From positions 1 to 11,114 of the forward strand of contig BBVC01000091.1 in assembly GCA_001192655.1 (NCBI GenBank): a stretch of 11,114 bases of DNA. The letters run 5' to 3'. Made by a program: the position numbers and the translations under genes. This DNA is from Caedimonas varicaedens. GTDB lineage: Bacteria; Pseudomonadota; Alphaproteobacteria; Caedimonadales; Caedimonadaceae. Below, in pieces: positions 7,257 through 11,114 of this stretch (position 1 is the first letter of the stretch; each line of letters starts with the position of its first letter). A model generated the notes under the pieces. That model saw only the letters and a list, made by a program, of their open reading frames with translations, was not told the origin of the DNA and did no database searches.

Positions 7257-7730
7257 TCAGTTCGAGATTGCTTGTTGTCCCACTTCTTTTTTGCACCAAC
7301 CAGACTTTTCATCCTGAAACCAGTAGGTCAGCGTGTACCCTTTTTGCCGATAGTGTTGCCACCGCTTACGCGCATGGCGTACAGACTCTTCATCATAACC
7401 ATTGAAAAGATCAAGGCATTTTTCAAAAGAGTTAAAATCAGTAATTTCTTCACCTTCAATAACAACCAGCACTGATGCGTCATTAGGATTTTCCAGCGTT
7501 CTTGTCAACCAAATTGGATGATTTTCCGGAGAACCATCACGAGCACTTCCATGAGGTAAAAACGATTGAGTTGAATATGTCCATAACTGGGCATCCAAAT
7601 CTCTCAAGCGCTCTTCTGTCTCTATCAGGACGACAATACGTTTGCCCGCGGCATAAATCTTTTCCAAAAGCCGCGGTAAACTTTTCTCAAGCGGTGTTTT
7701 TTGCAAATGATAAAAACTGATCTCAACCAT
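7257..7730 (-). CDS. holC: DNA polymerase III chi subunit.
   Basis: The motifs FYHL, LDAQLWTYSTQSFLPHG, the ~150-aa size and the position immediately downstream of pepA (2-nt gap) reproduce the conserved pepA-holC pair. Confidence 0.88.
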   Translation of the reverse strand: MVEISFYHLQKTPLEKSLPRLLEKIYAAGKRIVVLIETEERLRDLDAQLWTYSTQSFLPHGSARDGSPENHPIWLTRTLENPNDASVLVVIEGEEITDFNSFEKCLDLFNGYDEESVRHARKRWQHYRQKGYTLTYWFQDEKSGWCKKEVGQQAISN

Positions 7731-7732
7731 TT

Positions 7733-9229
7733 TCAGGATTCATGACAATCTAAAATAAACTGATTCAAAAGACGCACACCATACCCTGTGGCTCCCTTCT
7801 CCGCAATAGCCAGCCCCTTATCTGACCACGTTACACTTGCGATATCCAGATGAGCCCAAGGAACATTGTTGACAAAACGTGACAAAAACTGGGCTGCTGT
7901 AATGCTCCCTCCCTTACCACGGGGACCAAGATTTTTAACATCCGCGATGTCAGAGTTAATCTCGTTGTCATACTTCTCTCCCAAAGGTAAGCGCCAGAGT
8001 CTTTCCCCAACACATTCCCCTGCTTTCCGCAAATGGTCGCATAACCCGTCATCATTGGAAAAAAGACCCGCATAATGCTCGCCCAAAGCAATCCCAATAG
8101 CTCCCGTTAGTGTTGCCAAATCAATCATCAATTCAGGCTTAAAACGGTCTTGCGCGTACCAAAGGACATCCGCCAGCACAAGACGTCCTTCTGCATCCGT
8201 ATCCAGAACCTCAATAGTCTGACCCGACATGGACTTCACGACATCGCTGGGACGCTGGGCTGAACCAGATGGCATATTTTCAACAAGCCCCAATACACCC
8301 ACCGCATTAACTTTTGCCTTGCGTCCTGCCAAGGCCCTGATAAGACCAGCGACAACAGCCGATCCACCCATATCATATTTCATATCGTTCATACCGGCAG
8401 AAGGCTTCAGGCAAATTCCACCTGTATCAAAAGTAACTCCCTTTCCAACAAAAGCCAGAGGTTTCTGGTCTTTCTTTCCTCCCATCCATTGAAGAACGAC
8501 AACTCTGGCCTCTCTTGTACTGCCCTGGGCAACTCCAAGAAGAGCGCCCATACCCAGCTTCTCAAGATCGCTTTGATTGAGTACTTCGACAACAACACCC
8601 AGTTTTTTCAGTTCCTGAAGACGATCGGCATAGGAAGCGGGATAAATAACATTGGGTGGTTCGGTAATCAGTTCACGGGTGAGGCATACGCCATGCGCAA
8701 CCTGCTCCAATGGTTCATGAGTTTTACGCGCCATTTCTGCTTCTGGCAAAATCACCGCGACTGATTGCAACGCCGGTTTTTTATCTGCTTCTTCTTTTGT
8801 ACGGTATTTATCAAAACGCCAATATCGCATTTGTGCGCCAAACGCCATGTGAGCCGCAATATCTGAAGCTTTATAACGATTTGCTGTCAAGGCGCCAAGA
8901 TGAATCTCCAAATTCGTATCCGGCGTAGGTCGCAGGGCAGCAATCAAAGTTCCCCCCGCATCCTGAAGTGTTTCAATGGACAACGCGTCAGCTTTGCCCA
9001 GCCCAAACAAAATAATTCTCGAATACGTCGTGTGAGAAGGTGCAGTAAGAATTAAAATTTCATTCTTCTTTCCCTTAAAGCGGTTGGTTTTCAGTGCGTT
9101 TTTTAAAAGCCCTTGCTGTGCCTGATCAAAAACTTGCGCTTCTTCTGATAAGTTCTGAGTCTCAAAACAGGCCAAAGCAAGCGCTCCCCCAACCTGAGAA
9201 GTTTTTTGCTGAAAAATGATATTAAGCAT
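7733..9229 (-). CDS. pepA: Leucyl aminopeptidase (M17 family).
   Basis: The 498-aa product has the M17 catalytic-domain motifs VGKGVTFDTGGI, MKYDMGG and DTDAEGRLVLAD. A GGGAGA sequence lies about 8 nt upstream of the ATG. Confidence 0.95.
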   Translation of the reverse strand: MLNIIFQQKTSQVGGALALACFETQNLSEEAQVFDQAQQGLLKNALKTNRFKGKKNEILILTAPSHTTYSRIILFGLGKADALSIETLQDAGGTLIAALRPTPDTNLEIHLGALTANRYKASDIAAHMAFGAQMRYWRFDKYRTKEEADKKPALQSVAVILPEAEMARKTHEPLEQVAHGVCLTRELITEPPNVIYPASYADRLQELKKLGVVVEVLNQSDLEKLGMGALLGVAQGSTREARVVVLQWMGGKKDQKPLAFVGKGVTFDTGGICLKPSAGMNDMKYDMGGSAVVAGLIRALAGRKAKVNAVGVLGLVENMPSGSAQRPSDVVKSMSGQTIEVLDTDAEGRLVLADVLWYAQDRFKPELMIDLATLTGAIGIALGEHYAGLFSNDDGLCDHLRKAGECVGERLWRLPLGEKYDNEINSDIADVKNLGPRGKGGSITAAQFLSRFVNNVPWAHLDIASVTWSDKGLAIAEKGATGYGVRLLNQFILDCHES

Positions 9230-9260
9230 AATTTATTCTCCCTTTATCTATCTCTTTCAA

Positions 9261-9292
9261 ATTATAAATCCCATACCATGCACACAAGGCAA
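9261..9292 (-). promoter_or_regulatory. Possible promoter for the pepA-holC(-ndk...) array.
   Basis: A perfect TATAAT hexamer (minus strand, 9266-9261) lies about 32 nt upstream of the pepA ATG. The -35 region is poor: TTGCCT would need a 20-nt spacer and CTTGTG a 16-nt spacer. Confidence 0.25.
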
Positions 9293-9403
9293 GACTTAAG
9301 TCCCCAAAAAATCAACGTCTCCACAGTTTGAAAAACCAAGAGTATAGACAAATTAATTATCATATTTCAGGGAAGATGAGGACTTTTATTTTTTAAAATT
9401 CAC

Positions 9404-9433
9404 TTGACTTTTCTTGCCAAAAAAGGCTAGGTA
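9404..9433 (+). promoter_or_regulatory. Possible rpmG promoter.
   Basis: TTGACT (9404-9409) is followed after an 18-nt spacer by a weak -10 hexamer, TAGGTA (9428-9433). This is a sequence match only and the -10 is poor. Confidence 0.2.
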
Positions 9434-9466
9434 ACCATAGTTTTAAATTGTAGGGGTGGAAAAGTC

Positions 9467-9634
9467 ATGGCCAAGGCAACAACAATCAAGATTAAGCTTC
9501 TCAGCTCGGCAAACACAGGCTTTTTTTATGTAACAAAGAAAAATCCACGGACGAAAACAGAAAAACTGGAACTTCTAAAATACGATCCTGTTGTCAGGAA
9601 ACACGTTGTGTTCAAAGAAACAAAGATTAAGTAG
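9467..9634 (+). CDS. rpmG: 50S ribosomal protein L33 (Cys-free form).
   Basis: This gene is absent from the ORF track because it is only 55 codons. My translation is [55 protein letters not shown], a classic L33 (GFFY..KN.R....KLEL.KYDP..RKHV.F.E.K). A GGTGGA sequence lies upstream of the ATG, and the stop codon TAG is at 9632-9634. Confidence 0.9.
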   Translation: MAKATTIKIKLLSSANTGFFYVTKKNPRTKTEKLELLKYDPVVRKHVVFKETKIK

Positions 9635-9673
9635 AACGCCTTTAACACAGTCCATTGCTTAGACGTGAATGCC

Positions 9674-9707
9674 AAAAAGGAAGAAAAGATGTTTTCTTCC
9701 TTTTTTT
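9674..9707. terminator. Bidirectional rho-independent terminator between the convergent rpmG and DUF218 genes.
   Basis: The perfect inverted repeat AAAAAGGAAGAAAA (9674-9687) / TTTTCTTCCTTTTT (9692-9705) has the 4-nt loop GATG. The core stem AGGAAGAAAA is flanked by an A-tract on one side and a T-tract on the other, so each strand sees a stem followed by a U-run. The stop codon of the minus-strand gene (9706-9708) abuts it. Confidence 0.8.
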
Positions 9708-10579
9708 ATTTATCAGGCAACAAACTTTGATTCGTTCCCGTAAAATAGGTATGGATTAAACCTAACCACTCATGTGTACTGCACCGCCAAAATTTAAAAC
9801 CCTCATAAAGGCTAAAGTTTGGTCCATAGTTTTGTTTTCCCGTCGTGATGTAATCAACCGGATAGGGAACAACATTCCAACCCATTGATCGAAATAGTGT
9901 GACAGCCCTGGGCATATGTAGAGCAGAAGTCACAAGGACCCAGCGCTCTCCTGCTTTGGGTTGAATCATGTCAAAAGTAAATTTTGCGTTTTCAAAAGTA
10001 CTGTTTGACTGATCTTCAAAACGAATGCGAGATAAATCCAGTCGTAAATTTTCAAAAAGTCGTCTGGCAAGTTCACCTTCAGAAGGTGCTGATGGGTGAA
10101 AACGCACGCCCCCACCCGTAAAGACTAAAGGCAAGTGAGGATATTTCTGCGCCAACTCCATAAATTGAATAATGCGCCCTCCTCGTTGATTGTAACATGT
10201 AACCCCCCCGCGCTGCAGAAGTATCCAAATCAAAGCTTCCTCCAAGCAAAATAATCCCTTTGGTATCTTTAGGAATTTCAACCAGAGAAGGGAAATAGTT
10301 CTCAAGATAAGCAACGCCGAAGCTTCCAAGAGGAATGACAACGATGACTACCAGAAAGATAACCGCTGCTGTTAACATTCTACGACCCCATTTTTCAAGT
10401 CTGAGCCACAATAAAGCAAAAGCAATCAAGATAAACCATAAAACCACTTGATCGATAGCAATCCATCTATAAAAACGTTGTAGTATAGAAAAAAACATAA
10501 AGCCTGCCAGAATAAATTCTTTCCTGTTTTTAACAGTATAGAGCAGTTTGACAGGAGTCAACTCTCTGTGATCAATCAT
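9706..10579 (-). pseudogene. DUF218 / YdcF-ElyC family membrane protein, interrupted by a +1 frameshift at a G7 run.
   Basis: Track ORFs 10079..10579 and 9706..10341 are the N- and C-terminal parts of one ElyC-like protein. The first ORF carries TM helices, LENYFP and GIILLGG. The second carries PLVFTGGG, SEGE, FEDQSNSTFENA, WVLVTSALHMPRA and VPYPVDY. The frames meet at C7 on the plus strand (10203-10209), which is G7 in the gene. Removing one G gives the continuous sequence ..DLDTSAARGVTCYNQRGGRIIQFMELAQKYPHLPLVFTGGG.. and a protein of about 290 aa. Confidence 0.8.
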
Positions 10580-10580
10580 T

Positions 10581-11114
10581 TCAGGCCTCTGGCAGAACTA
10601 CGGCGTCAACCCAGTATGTAAAGGCTATCTGTAAATTTCTCTTAAGCACAGTGTAATCTAAAGATTTAGTGATATATCCCCCTGCAAAATTCCTGTAGGC
10701 ATTTATCATGTTTTTTTTACTTAAGCTATTGGTTAACAACAAAACGGGAAGGTATTGAAGGTCACGATCCTGTTTTATGGATCTTAAAATTGAAATATCA
10801 TCTAATTTGGCAAGGTTGATATCTATGAGAACAATATCAGGTTTAATAAAGGGTACAGGCCTCATGCGTCCCTTTAGATAATCAAGAGCAGCTTCTGCAC
10901 TATGCAAACAATAGATCTCAATCTTATAAGGAATTGTTTCAAGAACTTTTCTTATTAAAAACTCATCTGAAGCGCGATCTTCAACAAAGAGCAAATTAAT
11001 TTTTCCCCGCGCTTCAAGCGAAAGAATATCATCAGAGTCTATAGGTGATTGAATATCTTTTTTAGGATTATATCCTTCAAAAAAAGCGCTCGGAGAAATA
11101 TAGCTAACAACATA
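10581..11114 (-). CDS. CheY-like receiver (REC) domain protein. It is either a standalone Rcp1-type response regulator or the C-terminal REC of a larger protein, and the 5' end is probably outside the window.
   Basis: The REC residues are canonical: the acidic pair in LLFVED, the phospho-acceptor Asp in DIVLIDINL, the Thr in LLLTNS and the Lys in GYITKS. The C-terminal YWVDAVVLP tail resembles phytochrome-associated single-domain regulators. The track start at 10994 is a TTG inside beta-strand 1. The same frame has no stop codon up to nt 11114 (..SPIDSDDILSLEARGKINLLFVED). The stop TGA at 10581-10583 lies 1 nt from the DUF218 ATG. Confidence 0.75.
   Translation of the reverse strand, partial: YVVSYISPSAFFEGYNPKKDIQSPIDSDDILSLEARGKINLLFVEDRASDEFLIRKVLETIPYKIEIYCLHSAEAALDYLKGRMRPVPFIKPDIVLIDINLAKLDDISILRSIKQDRDLQYLPVLLLTNSLSKKNMINAYRNFAGGYITKSLDYTVLKRNLQIAFTYWVDAVVLPEA

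Noticed and set aside
9230-9466. The largest intergenic region (237 nt, divergent pepA/rpmG) examined for an sRNA, tRNA, small ORF or CtrA/DnaA-type operator.
   Set aside because: The only small ORF is a 17-codon ATG ORF (9279-9332) with no RBS. There is no cloverleaf-compatible structure, no stable hairpin and no TTAA-N7-TTAA motif. The AATTAATT palindrome is unremarkable in AT-rich DNA. The region is best explained as two divergent promoter and leader regions.
10203-10209. Programmed +1 ribosomal frameshifting as the explanation for the split DUF218 gene.
   Set aside because: I see no recognisable slippery or hungry-codon context like that of prfB (no in-frame stop at the shift site and no upstream SD-like stimulator at the right distance). 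A homopolymer length error or a mutation is simpler. It is kept only as a minor alternative in the finding.
10992-10994. TTG at 10994 as the true start of a standalone 137-aa response regulator.
   Set aside because: This is not fully excluded, since a GGGGA sequence lies 9 nt upstream. However, starting there removes most of beta-strand 1 (only MLFVED would remain). The in-frame upstream codons encode the expected K-I-N-L extension, and the frame has no stop codon up to the window edge. I therefore annotated the gene as 5'-partial.
1-11114. Window-wide search for mobile elements, CRISPR repeats, defence or toxin-antitoxin modules, tRNA and rRNA genes.
   Set aside because: I found no transposase, integrase or recombinase-like ORF. 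I saw no terminal inverted repeats flanking any block, no regularly spaced direct repeats, and no small adjacent ORF pairs left unassigned. Every ORF above about 60 codons that is not a shadow ORF has a housekeeping assignment.

Overview
The window is AT-rich, densely packed bacterial housekeeping DNA with no obvious accessory or mobile content. The protein set suggests an alphaproteobacterium, possibly host-associated; that is inference only. An almost uninterrupted minus-strand array runs from about 9229 down to 882: pepA, holC, ndk, a secreted DUF2066-like protein, a PgsA-like CDP-alcohol phosphatidyltransferase, an AI-2E family permease, hda, rpmB, a YhhQ-family queuosine-precursor transporter and tgt. 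Most gaps in this array are 0-16 nt, and two junctions overlap. On the plus strand there is a 5'-truncated FlaR-like P-loop NTPase gene, a small glycine-zipper lipoprotein gene, and rpmG (L33), which the ORF track misses because it is only 55 codons. The right end carries a DUF218/ElyC-family membrane protein gene split into two frames at a G7 homopolymer. One nucleotide upstream of it ends a CheY-like receiver-domain ORF that stays open to the window edge. I found no tRNA, rRNA, CRISPR array, IS element, integrase, toxin-antitoxin pair or recognisable defence system. I cannot honestly claim a clear novel system here. Four items are most worth a second look. (1) The overlapping tgt/yhhQ pair, whose Tgt substrate-pocket motif is non-canonical (GGSLGAS instead of GGLAVGE/GGLSVGE). 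(2) The homopolymer frameshift in the DUF218 gene. (3) The receiver domain coupled to that DUF218 gene. (4) The tightly coupled hda / AI-2E permease / phosphatidyltransferase / DUF2066 block.
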